The notes beneath the pieces were generated by a model that was not told the origin of the DNA, made no database searches, and saw nothing but the letters and a program-made list of their open reading frames with translations. From Campylobacter concisus (GTDB taxonomy: Bacteria; Campylobacterota; Campylobacteria; Campylobacterales; Campylobacteraceae): a stretch of DNA of 64,000 nucleotides. The position numbers and the translations under genes were made by a program. Location: NCBI RefSeq assembly GCF_003048375.1, contig NZ_CP021642.1, forward strand, positions 1,556,527 to 1,620,526. Reading direction: 5' to 3'. This document shows, piece by piece, positions 1-10,108 of this stretch (the stretch's first letter is position 1; the number at the start of each line of letters is the position of its first letter).

Positions 1-831
1 CGCGCTTAATGGACCTTCAAGTGTTGGTGATGTGATATGGTGTGCATCTCCGCTCTCACCAAATCCAACTACTTCAGCGTAAATTTTAGCACCTCTTGCA
101 ACAGCTGACTCATACTCTTCAAGCACAAGTGCGCCAGCGCCTTCGCCCATTACAAAACCATCGCGGTTTGCATCAAATGGCCTTGATGCCTTACTTGGTT
201 CATCATTTCTAGTTGATAGCGCTTTCATCGCCGCAAAACCGCCTATGCCAACGCCACAGATAGTTGACTCAGCGCCGATAACTAGCATATTTGTAGCTTG
301 ACCAATCATTATGCATTTTGCAGCTTGTGATATCGCATGAGTGCTTGCTGCACAAGCTGTTACGCTTGATAAATTTGGACCTTTTAGTCCGTGGTTTATT
401 GAAACTATGCCACCTAGCATATTTACAAGTGCAGATGGGATGAAAAATGGTGAAATTCTCTTTACGCCTTTTTCAAAATATGTGATTGAGTTTTTCTCAA
501 TATTTGGCAAACCGCCTATACCAGCAGCTGAACTAACGCCAAATTTGTGAGCGTCAAACTCCTTAAAATTTGCATCAGCCATAGCTTCGTTAGATGCTTT
601 TATGCCAAGCTGTATGAAACGATCTACTTTTTTCACCTCTTTGCCGTCTAAAATGCTATTTGGATCAAAATCAGTTATCTCGGCAGCAATTTTAACAGGG
701 AATTCGCTTACATCAAAGCTCGTGATCTCTTTCACACCTGTTTTACCCTCGCAAATAGCCTTAAAAGAGCTCTCTTTATCAAGACCAAGTGCGTTTATCA
801 TGCCAATACCAGTTACAACGACTCGTTTCAA
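1..831 (-). CDS. fabF: 3-oxoacyl-ACP synthase II, partial: N-terminal part in window, TTG start at 829-831
   Basis: Reverse translation from 831 gives LKRVVVTGIGMINALGLDKESSFKAICEGKTGVKE, a classic FabF N-terminus. GGAG lies upstream of the start. It sits immediately downstream of acpP, as in the fab cluster. Confidence 0.85.
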   Translation of the reverse strand, partial: MKRVVVTGIGMINALGLDKESSFKAICEGKTGVKEITSFDVSEFPVKIAAEITDFDPNSILDGKEVKKVDRFIQLGIKASNEAMADANFKEFDAHKFGVSSAAGIGGLPNIEKNSITYFEKGVKRISPFFIPSALVNMLGGIVSINHGLKGPNLSSVTACAASTHAISQAAKCIMIGQATNMLVIGAESTICGVGIGGFAAMKALSTRNDEPSKASRPFDANRDGFVMGEGAGALVLEEYESAVARGAKIYAEVVGFGESGDAHHITSPTLEGPLSA

Positions 832-865
832 TACATCTCCTTAAATCAAACTATGCAAATTTAAA

Positions 866-1099
866 TTATTTGCCTAGTTTTTCTATATAATTTACAACGT
901 CTTGAATGCTTACTAATTTCTCTGCTTCGCTATCAGGAATTTCTACTTCAAATTTCTCTTCTAAAGCCATAACTAGCTCTACAACGTCAAGTGAATCAGC
1001 GCCTAAATCTTCGATGATTTTAGACTCTAGTTTTACCGCTTGTGGATCTACGCTTAGTTGCTCTACAACTACGTCTCTTACGTCTTCAAATACTGCCAT
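866..1099 (-). CDS. acpP: acyl carrier protein
   Basis: 77 aa with the DSLD phosphopantetheine-attachment motif ([17 protein letters not shown]). It lies between fabG and fabF. Confidence 0.95.
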   Translation of the reverse strand: MAVFEDVRDVVVEQLSVDPQAVKLESKIIEDLGADSLDVVELVMALEEKFEVEIPDSEAEKLVSIQDVVNYIEKLGK

Positions 1100-1185
1100 T
1101 TAAGGTCTCCTTATAAAAAATGTCTGTTATCTTATAATATTTACGCTTTTATTTATTTTAAATTTCAAAACTTGTTGAAATTTCA

Positions 1186-1929
1186 TTACATATAAAGTCC
1201 GCCGTTTATTTTTAGCGTCTCGCCAGTCACGTAGCTAGCATGATCACTTAGTAAAAATGCAACCGCCTCGGCCACCTCGCTAGCACTGCCAAAGCGTTTT
1301 AGTGGGATATTATCGCTATAAGTTTTTTTCACCTCATCACTTAGTCCATGCGTCATATCAGTCTCGATAAAGCCCGGAGTTACGCTGTTAAAGCGGATAT
1401 TTCTACTTGCGCCCTCTTTTGCAAAGCTCTTACTCATGGCGATTAGTCCGCCCTTGCTGGCTGAATAATTCACCTGCCCTGCATTTCCCATCTCACCAAC
1501 GATAGATGCGACGTTTACGACCGCTCCAAAGCGCTTTTTACTCATCACTTTTAAAGCCTCTCTACATCCTATGAAAGCTGAAGTTAAATTTGCATTTATC
1601 ACATCTGTAAATTCGCTAGTTTTCATGCGAAGCGCTAGCTTGTCATTTGTGATGCCAGCGTTATTTACGAGGTAGCTTAGCTCACCGTCGCTATCAACTA
1701 TCAAATTTATACCTTTTATAAACTCATCTTCGTCTGTTGCGTCAAATTTTATCACCGCAGCCTTGCCGCCATTTTGCTCGATCTCAGCTTGCAAAGCGTC
1801 TGCTATCTCAGGCTTTGAGCGGTAGTTTATCCACACTTTTAAGCCCATATTTGCAAGCGTCTTTGCGATCTGTGCGCCGATACCTCTACTTGCACCTGTT
1901 ATTAGCACGTTTTTTCCGCTAAATTTCAT
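1186..1929 (-). CDS. fabG: 3-oxoacyl-ACP reductase (short-chain dehydrogenase/reductase family)
   Basis: 247 aa with TGASRGIG Rossmann motif and NAG..SASKGG active-site region. Located in the fab cluster. Confidence 0.9.
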   Translation of the reverse strand: MKFSGKNVLITGASRGIGAQIAKTLANMGLKVWINYRSKPEIADALQAEIEQNGGKAAVIKFDATDEDEFIKGINLIVDSDGELSYLVNNAGITNDKLALRMKTSEFTDVINANLTSAFIGCREALKVMSKKRFGAVVNVASIVGEMGNAGQVNYSASKGGLIAMSKSFAKEGASRNIRFNSVTPGFIETDMTHGLSDEVKKTYSDNIPLKRFGSASEVAEAVAFLLSDHASYVTGETLKINGGLYM

Positions 1930-1965
1930 AGATTCTCCTTATAAATTTTGCTTATATTATCAAAT

Positions 1966-3429
1966 TTAAAATAACGCCTCGTCCATTTCAGCTGGGATCT
2001 CAAGCCCCATGAGCTTTAAAACGCTAGGCGCAATGTTGTTTAGACCGCCATTTTTTAGCTCTTTTACACCTTCAGCCATCACAAAGCAAAAGACGTCATA
2101 GGTCGTGTGGTTTGTCAGTAGCTCGCCGCTGCTATCACGCATCTCTTCGCAGTTTCCGTGATCGCTCGTGATGATCATCGCGTAGTTTTTCTCTTTTGCC
2201 TTGGTGTAAATTTCTCCAAGAGCCCTATCCACTGCCTCAACCGCCTTTATAGCGGCCTCGTAGTTGCCAGTATGCCCCACCATATCGCCATTTGCGAAAT
2301 TTACCACTATAAAGTCTTGCTCGTCATCCATGCCCTTTAGCACGGCTTTGCAAACATCAGCAGCACTCATCTCTGGCTTTTCGTCGTAGGTTTTGACCTT
2401 TGGACTGGGGATTAGCACCCTAGTTTCGTTGCTAGCTAGCTCCTCGACGCCACCATTAAAGAAAAATGTTACGTGGGCGTATTTTTCAGTCTCAGCCGTG
2501 TGAAGCTGCCTTAGTCCAGCAGCTGCTATGACCTCGCTTAGAGTGTTTTTTATCTTTTCATTTTTAAAGAGCACTTCAAATTTAAAATTTGCGTCGTATT
2601 CGGTCATGGTGATTAGATTTTTGATAGCAAAAGGTCGCTCAAACTCGCTAAATTTCTCCTCGCCTAGAGCCTGGCAAATCTCTCTTGCTCTATCATTTCT
2701 AAAATTTATTACGATCACGCCGTCATCTTTGCCTATGCCCTTAAAGCCATTAAAGCTTGCTGGCTTTACAAACTCGTCTGTCACGCCCTCATCATAGCTT
2801 TTTTGTAGATACTCGCTTGGTGCCAGATCGCTTAAATTTGCCCCATTTACTAGGCTGTCATAGGCCTCTTTTACGCGCTCCCAACGTTTGTCTCTATCCA
2901 TCGCGTAAAATCTCCCACAAACGGTCGCTACCTTAAATTTAGCCTCCAAGCTTTTTATGAAATTTAAACCGCTATTTGGGCTAACGTCGCGTCCGTCGGT
3001 GATAGCGTGGGCAAAAACTTCGCAGCCATTTTTACTAGCAAGCTCGCACATACCATCAAAATGCTCCATATGAGAGTGCACGCCGCCGTCGCTATAAAGC
3101 CCTATGACGTGGATCTTTTTGCACTTTTTAAAAAGAACTTTTAGCGCTTCATTTTCTGCTATTGAGCCGTCATTAAAGCCGCGTGAAATTTTGACCAAAT
3201 TTTGATACAAAACTCGACCGCTTCCTATGCACATGTGCCCTACTTCGCTATTTCCCATCTGCCCTTTGGGTAGTCCCACGGCGTTTCCAGAAGTTTTTAT
3301 GAGCGAGTTTGGAATTTCTTTAAAAAATTTATCGTAGTTTGGCTTTTTGGCCGCCTCAAATGCATTAAATTTGCCATTTTTGTTTGATCCGATGCCATCA
3401 GTTATTATAAGTATAGTTTTTTGAGCCAT
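1966..3429 (-). CDS. gpmI: 2,3-bisphosphoglycerate-independent phosphoglycerate mutase
   Basis: 487 aa with iPGM hallmarks (ITDGRDVSP, SDHGNCEEM metal-binding region). Confidence 0.9.
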   Translation of the reverse strand: MAQKTILIITDGIGSNKNGKFNAFEAAKKPNYDKFFKEIPNSLIKTSGNAVGLPKGQMGNSEVGHMCIGSGRVLYQNLVKISRGFNDGSIAENEALKVLFKKCKKIHVIGLYSDGGVHSHMEHFDGMCELASKNGCEVFAHAITDGRDVSPNSGLNFIKSLEAKFKVATVCGRFYAMDRDKRWERVKEAYDSLVNGANLSDLAPSEYLQKSYDEGVTDEFVKPASFNGFKGIGKDDGVIVINFRNDRAREICQALGEEKFSEFERPFAIKNLITMTEYDANFKFEVLFKNEKIKNTLSEVIAAAGLRQLHTAETEKYAHVTFFFNGGVEELASNETRVLIPSPKVKTYDEKPEMSAADVCKAVLKGMDDEQDFIVVNFANGDMVGHTGNYEAAIKAVEAVDRALGEIYTKAKEKNYAMIITSDHGNCEEMRDSSGELLTNHTTYDVFCFVMAEGVKELKNGGLNNIAPSVLKLMGLEIPAEMDEALF

Positions 3430-3481
3430 TTTTAAATTTTATCCTTAAATTTAGATAATTTTTAAGGCCATTATACTAAAA

Positions 3482-4573
3482 TTGCTTTTTTTTAAAATAA
3501 AGGCCCCTATGTTTTACTATATCTACGAAATTTTAAATTTTAATATCTTTCAGTATATCACCGTTCGCGCTGGCATCGCGTTTTTCATAGCATTTATCTT
3601 GACAGCTTATCTGATGCCTAAATTTATCGCTTGGGCAAAGGCAAAAAACGCCGCCCAGCCTATCTACGAGCTCGCGCCACAAACTCACCAAAAAAAGGCT
3701 AAAACGCCAACCATGGGCGGACTTGTCTTTGTCTTTACAGCCGTGATCGCCACGATCATCTGCGCTAGGCTTGATAACGCCTTTGTGCTAGCCTCGCTCT
3801 TTTGCCTAGTTTGCTTCACTTTGCTTGGCTACAAGGATGACTACAGCAAAATTTTAGGTGCGAAAAACCACGCTGGTCTAAGCCCAAAGGCAAAGCTCTT
3901 TTTTCAATTTTTAATCGCCTTTTTACTCGCAGCCTTTTTATACATCAGTAAAGAGCTAAACACCGAGTTTTACCTGCCATTTTACAAGCAGCCGATCTTT
4001 GACATGAAAATTTTTGCCATTTTCTTTTGGACGCTTGTCATCGTCGCGGCTTCAAATGCGGTAAATTTAACAGACGGACTTGACGGACTTGCCGCCGTGC
4101 CATCGATATTTTCGCTTCTAACTCTTGGCGTTTTTGCCTACATCTGCGGTCACGCTGTCTTTAGCTCGTACCTACTTTTACCAAAGATCGCAGGCGTTGG
4201 CGAGAGCGTCGTCGTAGCCTCTGCGCTAATTGGCTCACTCATGGGCTTTTTGTGGTTTAACTGCCATCCGGCTGAAGTCTTTATGGGCGATAGCGGCAGC
4301 CTAAGCGTTGGCGCATATATCGGCTTTATGGGCGTTGCGACCAAAAACGAAATTTTGCTCATTATCATCGGCCTCATCTTTGTCGTTGAGACCCTAAGCG
4401 TCATCTTGCAGGTGGGTAGCTTTAAAATTTTTAAACGCAGAATTTTTCTCATGGCGCCTATACATCACCATTTTGAGATAAAGGGCTGGGCAGAAAATAA
4501 GATCATCGTGCGCTTTTGGATCATCGCACTTTTGGCAAATTTGATCGCACTAACGGCGCTAAAGATCAGGTAG
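3482..4573 (+). CDS. mraY: phospho-N-acetylmuramoyl-pentapeptide transferase (alternative start at 3509, MFYYIY)
   Basis: Polytopic membrane protein with MraY motifs ([18 protein letters not shown]). Confidence 0.9.
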
Positions 4574-4576
4574 ATC

Positions 4577-5092
4577 ATGCGAGCGCAGATAGAGCCTGAC
4601 TTTGAGAGTGCTAGAAAAAAGTATGATGAAATTTTGGAGCAAATTTTAGCCTACACCGACTATTGCGACGAATTTGGCGATGAGGACGGCGAAGAGTACC
4701 GCAAAGTAGAGCAGCGTCTAGCCAAGATAAGCGGCAAAGATATGAGTAAATTTAGCCTGCACGAGTGGTGGGAGGCCGAGGGCGCTGAAAATCTCGCCTT
4801 TGACATCGCTTTGCCAGAGCCAAAAGTGGTGGCTGACATAACAAAAGACGAGCTTAGCGAGATTGTGGAGCGCATGTTGGCGCCTACGCCTGAATTTGAA
4901 GATGATTTTTTAGAGGCATTTTACGCAAGAGTGACATTTGCTTGCAAGGGTGCTTATTTTGCAGAGTTTTTGAAGCTAAATTTTGCCAAAACCTTTAGCT
5001 TTGAGCTCTTTGAGCGCCGCGAGATAGAGGGCGTGATGCGTGAGCTAAGTGCTAACGAGATAGTAGAAATTTTATGGGGCAAAAGAGGATAA
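4577..5092 (+). CDS. acidic hypothetical protein (171 aa) packed between mraY and murD
   Basis: ORF with core-like codon usage. There are 4-nt gaps to the flanking genes. No family recognised. Confidence 0.55.
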   Translation: MRAQIEPDFESARKKYDEILEQILAYTDYCDEFGDEDGEEYRKVEQRLAKISGKDMSKFSLHEWWEAEGAENLAFDIALPEPKVVADITKDELSEIVERMLAPTPEFEDDFLEAFYARVTFACKGAYFAEFLKLNFAKTFSFELFERREIEGVMRELSANEIVEILWGKRG

Positions 5093-5096
5093 AAGT

Positions 5097-6314
5097 ATGA
5101 GAAAATCACTATTTGGCTATGGTGGCACGACAAAGGCGATCGCTAAAAACTTCGTAAATGACGGACTTTGGGATATCTATGACGATAAATTTAGCGAAAT
5201 TTCTAAGGATGAGTTTGGCAATGCTCTTTTGCCAGTTAGCAAATTTGACCCAGCAAAAAGCGGCCTAGAGATACCAAGCCCTGGCATCCCACCTCACCAC
5301 GAGCTTATCAAAAAAGCTAAAAATTTAATCAGCGAATATGACTATTTTTATGAAATTTACAAGGCGCATCTGCCATTTAACATCTGGATAAGCGGCACAA
5401 ACGGCAAGACGACGACCACAAAGATGATGCAGCACCTGCTAGAGAGCAAAGGCTCAGTAATGGGCGGAAACGTCGGCATCGCGCTAGCAAATTTAAACCC
5501 GCACGCTAAAATTTGGATACTTGAGACTAGCTCATTTACGCTGCACTACACAAACCGCGCAACGCCTGGCATCTACGTGCTTTTGCCGATCACTCCAGAT
5601 CATCTAAGCTGGCATGGAAACATGAGCGAGTACGAAAAGGCAAAGCTTAAGCCGCTTGCTAGCATGAGTGAAACGAGCGTGGCGATCGTGCCTGAAATTT
5701 ACGCTAAAACGCCTACAAAGGCAAAAGTGATCGCATATAAGGATGAGAGCGACTTGGCTAAATTTTGCGGCGTAAATTTGGGCGATATAGCCTTTAAAAC
5801 GCCGTTTTTACTTGATGCACTGCTAGCACTTGCGGTGGAGAAAATTTTATTTGACCGCTGTGACGTTGAGCTTTTAAACACATTTGTTATCGAAGCAAAC
5901 AAGCTTGAAGAATTTACTGATAACAATGGTCGAACCTGGGTAAATGACACAAAAGCGACCAACATAGATGCGAGCATTCAAGCCGTAAAACGCTACAAAG
6001 ATCACTTCATGCACCTAATCTTAGGTGGCGATGACAAGGGCGTTAGCATGGATGAGCTATTTGAGATTTTAAAGGGCCTTAAGGTCAAAATTTACGCCAT
6101 CGGCTCAAACAGCGACAAACTTATGAATTTAGCTGCTAAATTTAGTGTGCCAGCCCTAAAATGCGACTTTTTACAAAACGCCGTAAATGAGATAAGCAAA
6201 GAGCTTAAAAGTGGCGAGATAGCGCTTCTAAGCCCAGCAGCTGCGAGCCTTGATCAGTTTAAGAGCTACGCCGAACGAGGAGATAAATTTAAAGAGTTTA
6301 TAAGGGCTCTTTGA
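5097..6314 (+). CDS. murD: UDP-N-acetylmuramoylalanine--D-glutamate ligase
   Basis: Mur ligase ATP motif GTNGKTTTTKM. RBS AGAGGA upstream. Confidence 0.9.
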   Translation: MRKSLFGYGGTTKAIAKNFVNDGLWDIYDDKFSEISKDEFGNALLPVSKFDPAKSGLEIPSPGIPPHHELIKKAKNLISEYDYFYEIYKAHLPFNIWISGTNGKTTTTKMMQHLLESKGSVMGGNVGIALANLNPHAKIWILETSSFTLHYTNRATPGIYVLLPITPDHLSWHGNMSEYEKAKLKPLASMSETSVAIVPEIYAKTPTKAKVIAYKDESDLAKFCGVNLGDIAFKTPFLLDALLALAVEKILFDRCDVELLNTFVIEANKLEEFTDNNGRTWVNDTKATNIDASIQAVKRYKDHFMHLILGGDDKGVSMDELFEILKGLKVKIYAIGSNSDKLMNLAAKFSVPALKCDFLQNAVNEISKELKSGEIALLSPAAASLDQFKSYAERGDKFKEFIRAL

Positions 6315-6427
6315 TTTTAAGCTATTTTTTAGATATTAGCGTTTTGTCTAAATTTTGCTACCAAAATTTAAAGAAAAAGCAAAAATTTTCTCTATAAGAG
6401 TTTTTTATTGAATACTTTTTAAGTTTA

Positions 6428-6436
6428 TGCTAATAT
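6428..6436 (+). promoter_or_regulatory. candidate extended -10 element (TGcTAATAT) for the island's first gene
   Basis: TG-n-TAATAT lies about 27 nt upstream of the ATG at 6464. RBS AAGGAAG is at 6451-6457. The intergenic region is AT-rich. Confidence 0.35.
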
Positions 6437-6463
6437 TTAGCGAAAAAATTAAGGAAGAATTTT

Positions 6464-9400
6464 ATGCCAATCACCCCTAGAAATGATGCAAATTTTAAAG
6501 AAAACTTAATAGATATCATCAAACTATCATATAGCGCCGACATCAATAAGCCTTTCATCTCTGGTGACAAGCTACTTATGGGCTATAGCTTTAGTCTAAA
6601 AGACGATCTAGACACGATATGCACTCAAATTTATGGTGCTAGCAAAGCAAAAGTGATCGAGGCTATTAGAAAAACCATAACCAACACTACAACAAAAACC
6701 GTGGTTTCAAAGATAGATGCAGAAAAGCTTTTTAACGATATAAATAATGCTGCAAGGGTTGCTTACGCAAAGGCATCTGGCAGCGCTGGCGCAGAGTTGC
6801 CTGAGTTTAAATTTAGCCAAGATGAGCAGTTAAATGCCATTTTAGAGTCAAAGCTAAAGCCACTAGCGGCTGATATAAAAGAGAAGCTAAGAGGCTCGTC
6901 GCTGGCAATTTTAGAAGAGGTCAAGCTCACTTCATATGTGGCGTCTAATGTTTCAAAAGAGCACGTCGCACTCCTAGCCCTGCTTCACATAAGTAGCAAG
7001 AAAAATATCGACCCAGCTTTAGCAAGCTATATCAAGAGCAAAAGTCGCTTTAAAGCGTGGTTTTGGCTTGCTTTCGAGAGCTTTAGCGGCGATAATCCAC
7101 ATAACCTTAAACTTTTAAGAAAAAAGATCTCAGCTCAGTTTGGCCTTTATGAGTCAGACGAAAACAACAAAGCTCTAAACGACACGTCTAGCGCGGCTAG
7201 CATGGAGCGCGTCAGCTTTGGTGAGTGCATAGATATCTTTACTCACCTAAATATCTCTAAAGCTATGTATGTAACAAAAGACAAAAACGGCAAAGAGCAC
7301 AAAGAAGACGTCACACACTTAGAATTTATGCAAAAAGACAAAGAGAGATCAAACAGCACCGATTCAAAGTGTGAGGGGCTGTTTAAGCCATTTGCTGATA
7401 AGCTAAATTCTCTTTTAGCCTCTCAAACATCAAAGAAATTTAGCACTGAAAATATCTACTGCGTAAATTTAACCTCCTCTTCTACGTCTAACGCTTCAAG
7501 GATAAATAAGCTCTTAAAAAGAAGAGAAGAAGAGCTTTATAAACAAGAGGATATGCTCATACTCTGCCCTATAAAGACTGCTACTCCTATTAGGATATTT
7601 CAGCCTAAAAAGAGCAACTTTACCATCGTGCTAGCCAGCCAAAGCGAATTTGACTGCAGCGAGCTAAACCCAAAAGAGCTAAATCCTAGCAGACCAAACT
7701 ATGGCAAGCTAAATTTATGCGAGCTAATACTCACTGACTTTAAATTTGACTCTTATGAGAAAGAGAACAAAGGCGCTTCAGCTGATAGAGATATCAAATT
7801 TAAAAACGCAAAGACAAAGTCAGATAGTGTGATCCTTTATAAAGAAAACGATGATGGCAAAGATGATAAAAACAAGACAAAGGGCGCTTGCTTTACTAGC
7901 ATAAGACAAAGTAGCGATGAGATAGAGTACAAGCTAGAAGATGGTGTCGTAAAGATGAGCCACTTCCCCCTCCCCTCATCTAAAGACGAATATCTAAATT
8001 TCAACCTTCTAAATTTCGCTAAGGAGAATAACTTTACCCTTAGAGATGATAAAGACTCAGCTATGTTTGATATGAAGCTTCGTCTAGCTCTTGGTAATAA
8101 TGCAGAACCTACATCAACATCTAGCTCAAGCCTTGCTCTAACACTAAATAATCTCATCATTGAAAACGAAAAAGGTGAAGCTAGTGATATAGATAAGATA
8201 TATCTTCACCACTGCGGTGATAAAAATATATATGAGAGTACATCTTTAGTTAAAAATAAAGACTCTGATATCAAAAACTCATATACAGCTACATTTAATA
8301 TCCCTATAGATAGAAATGACAAGAAAGATACTAAGCTTATAGTCTATTCAAGTGATCTAAGCAAAATTTATGATACCAAAGGGATACATGCCTACACTGG
8401 TACAGCTATCATATCTATAGGATATAAAGATAAAAGTGGTGGTAGCTTTAGCTATACAAACAAGGTATCTTTAAGAGATATAACAGATCATATAGTAAAT
8501 GTAGTCTCTGATAGTGAGTATCCATTTAAGACAAATGAAGAGATAAGTTTAAAGGCTATATATAAACAAGAAAAAGGTAGTAAGAGGTATAAAGAGGTAC
8601 TTTGGGGATATAAGGTCATAAAAACCATAGAGTATAACGAAGTATCTAAATCAAATCCTAAAGATGTGGTAGAGCTAAAAGATAAAAAGGGTAAAGAGAT
8701 AAGATTTAAAATTTCAGATCTTATAAAAAAAGATGATCTAGAGAGGCTAAAGCAAGGTGGTCATACTATAGTATTTTTTGCATATCTTGAAGGTGAGAGT
8801 GATAAATTTAAATATCAAAGCGTATATGGTAAAAACCATATAAGGATAGATATAAAGATACCTTTATATATTAAATTTAAAGATGATAAGCTCATCATAT
8901 ATGAGTTTGAGCATGCTATAAAAGAGAAGAGCTTTAAAGCTAGTCTAAATCATGATGATGCCTTAGTAAATAAAAGTGGCTACTTATATATAAATAAAGA
9001 TATGTCAGCACAGGATATAAATATCTATGAAGATGACAAACTTACTAAAGAGCTAAAGAGTGAAGATAGTACAAATAAGAGATATCAAATTTACATAGAT
9101 GAAGCAAATTCCACAAACAATCAAAACCCAAGCAACACAAACCAAACAGGTCAAACAAAGATAAACCAAGATACCAAGTATGGTATCAATCTACTAAGCA
9201 AAGATAATATGAATAGCTTTATCAACTCTTTTAATGAGTCAAAGAGCATAACAAGAGTAGATAAGGGTATGTGGGTGGATGGGGATAGAGAAGCAAATGT
9301 TTTAATAGAGATCAAAGACTATCCTTTTACGCTAAGTATGCTAAAGCAGGTATTTACCAATATAAAAACAAATCAAGAATATATCTTGCAAGAGATGGTG

Positions 9401-10099
9401 GATGAGTTAAATAGAAGAGATGATGAAGATGGAATTCAAATGTATGTAAAATATAAGCTTGATACTAGAAATAGATTGGAGCATTTTTTTGGGCAATGCT
9501 TTGTAGAGGCAAAGACAACAAAAGGTGATTTTACTTTAGAAGAAGAACTGGGGAAATTTACAGAGAATAATATAATTAGCCATAGAGGCAAAGCCAGATT
9601 AGAAGAAGCCAAAAAACTATATCCGCAATATTATGACAAGACAGATCCTTCAAAATGGGCAAAATTTGTTGGTAACGCTATGTACTCTGATCGTGGAAAG
9701 GGTTATTTGGGTAATGATGGTGGCGATGATGGATTTAATTTTAGAGGTAGAGGAATTAAGCAACTTACTGGAAAATTTAACTATAAAGATTTCAACAAAT
9801 ATGCGCATAATAATTATTGGCTAGATGAAGAAGTAAATTTTGTAAATTCACCAGATTTATTAATTTCAGATGGAAAATATGCTCTAGTCTCTGCTGCATA
9901 TTTTTGGACTATAGAAAGACCAAAGCCTAAAAAATATCGTCTTTATGAAATAGCTGATGAAAGTAAAGCAGATTCGGACAATAGCGATATAGTAGAACGT
10001 ATAACTGCTGTTATAAATCCACAAAAACTTAGTCTTGAGCAGAGAAAAGAAGCCTATAAACGCATAAAAACAGCAAATGTGTTTAAAATATTTCAGTAA
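6464..10099 (+). CDS. giant (1211 aa) protein with no signal peptide and a C-terminal GH19 family (chitinase/endolysin-type lysozyme) catalytic domain; putative secreted cell-wall hydrolase effector
   Basis: Long uninterrupted ORF with RBS. C-terminal residues match GH19 signatures from memory: HFFGQCFVEAK vs FLAQTSHETTG; RGRGIKQLTGKFNYKDF vs YGRGPIQLSWNYNYG; NSPDLLISDGKYALVSAAYFWTIERPKP vs [29 protein letters not shown]. The N-terminal ~960 aa are K/D/N-rich with no recognisable domain. Confidence 0.75.
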   Translation: MPITPRNDANFKENLIDIIKLSYSADINKPFISGDKLLMGYSFSLKDDLDTICTQIYGASKAKVIEAIRKTITNTTTKTVVSKIDAEKLFNDINNAARVAYAKASGSAGAELPEFKFSQDEQLNAILESKLKPLAADIKEKLRGSSLAILEEVKLTSYVASNVSKEHVALLALLHISSKKNIDPALASYIKSKSRFKAWFWLAFESFSGDNPHNLKLLRKKISAQFGLYESDENNKALNDTSSAASMERVSFGECIDIFTHLNISKAMYVTKDKNGKEHKEDVTHLEFMQKDKERSNSTDSKCEGLFKPFADKLNSLLASQTSKKFSTENIYCVNLTSSSTSNASRINKLLKRREEELYKQEDMLILCPIKTATPIRIFQPKKSNFTIVLASQSEFDCSELNPKELNPSRPNYGKLNLCELILTDFKFDSYEKENKGASADRDIKFKNAKTKSDSVILYKENDDGKDDKNKTKGACFTSIRQSSDEIEYKLEDGVVKMSHFPLPSSKDEYLNFNLLNFAKENNFTLRDDKDSAMFDMKLRLALGNNAEPTSTSSSSLALTLNNLIIENEKGEASDIDKIYLHHCGDKNIYESTSLVKNKDSDIKNSYTATFNIPIDRNDKKDTKLIVYSSDLSKIYDTKGIHAYTGTAIISIGYKDKSGGSFSYTNKVSLRDITDHIVNVVSDSEYPFKTNEEISLKAIYKQEKGSKRYKEVLWGYKVIKTIEYNEVSKSNPKDVVELKDKKGKEIRFKISDLIKKDDLERLKQGGHTIVFFAYLEGESDKFKYQSVYGKNHIRIDIKIPLYIKFKDDKLIIYEFEHAIKEKSFKASLNHDDALVNKSGYLYINKDMSAQDINIYEDDKLTKELKSEDSTNKRYQIYIDEANSTNNQNPSNTNQTGQTKINQDTKYGINLLSKDNMNSFINSFNESKSITRVDKGMWVDGDREANVLIEIKDYPFTLSMLKQVFTNIKTNQEYILQEMVDELNRRDDEDGIQMYVKYKLDTRNRLEHFFGQCFVEAKTTKGDFTLEEELGKFTENNIISHRGKARLEEAKKLYPQYYDKTDPSKWAKFVGNAMYSDRGKGYLGNDGGDDGFNFRGRGIKQLTGKFNYKDFNKYAHNNYWLDEEVNFVNSPDLLISDGKYALVSAAYFWTIERPKPKKYRLYEIADESKADSDNSDIVERITAVINPQKLSLEQRKEAYKRIKTANVFKIFQ

Positions 10100-10108
10100 G
10101 GGAATAGA

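Noticed and set aside
906-1103. 65-aa plus-strand ORF antisense to acpP. Other antisense ORFs in the track fall in the same class: 1737-1922, 2158-2340, 2528-2797, 4150-4452, 4660-4875, 5699-5977, 7837-8160, 33295-33597, 35287-36261 group, 43087-44193 group, 54038-54420.
   Set aside because: They lie entirely within well-supported genes on the opposite strand. They are Ser/Leu-rich shadow ORFs with no RBS.
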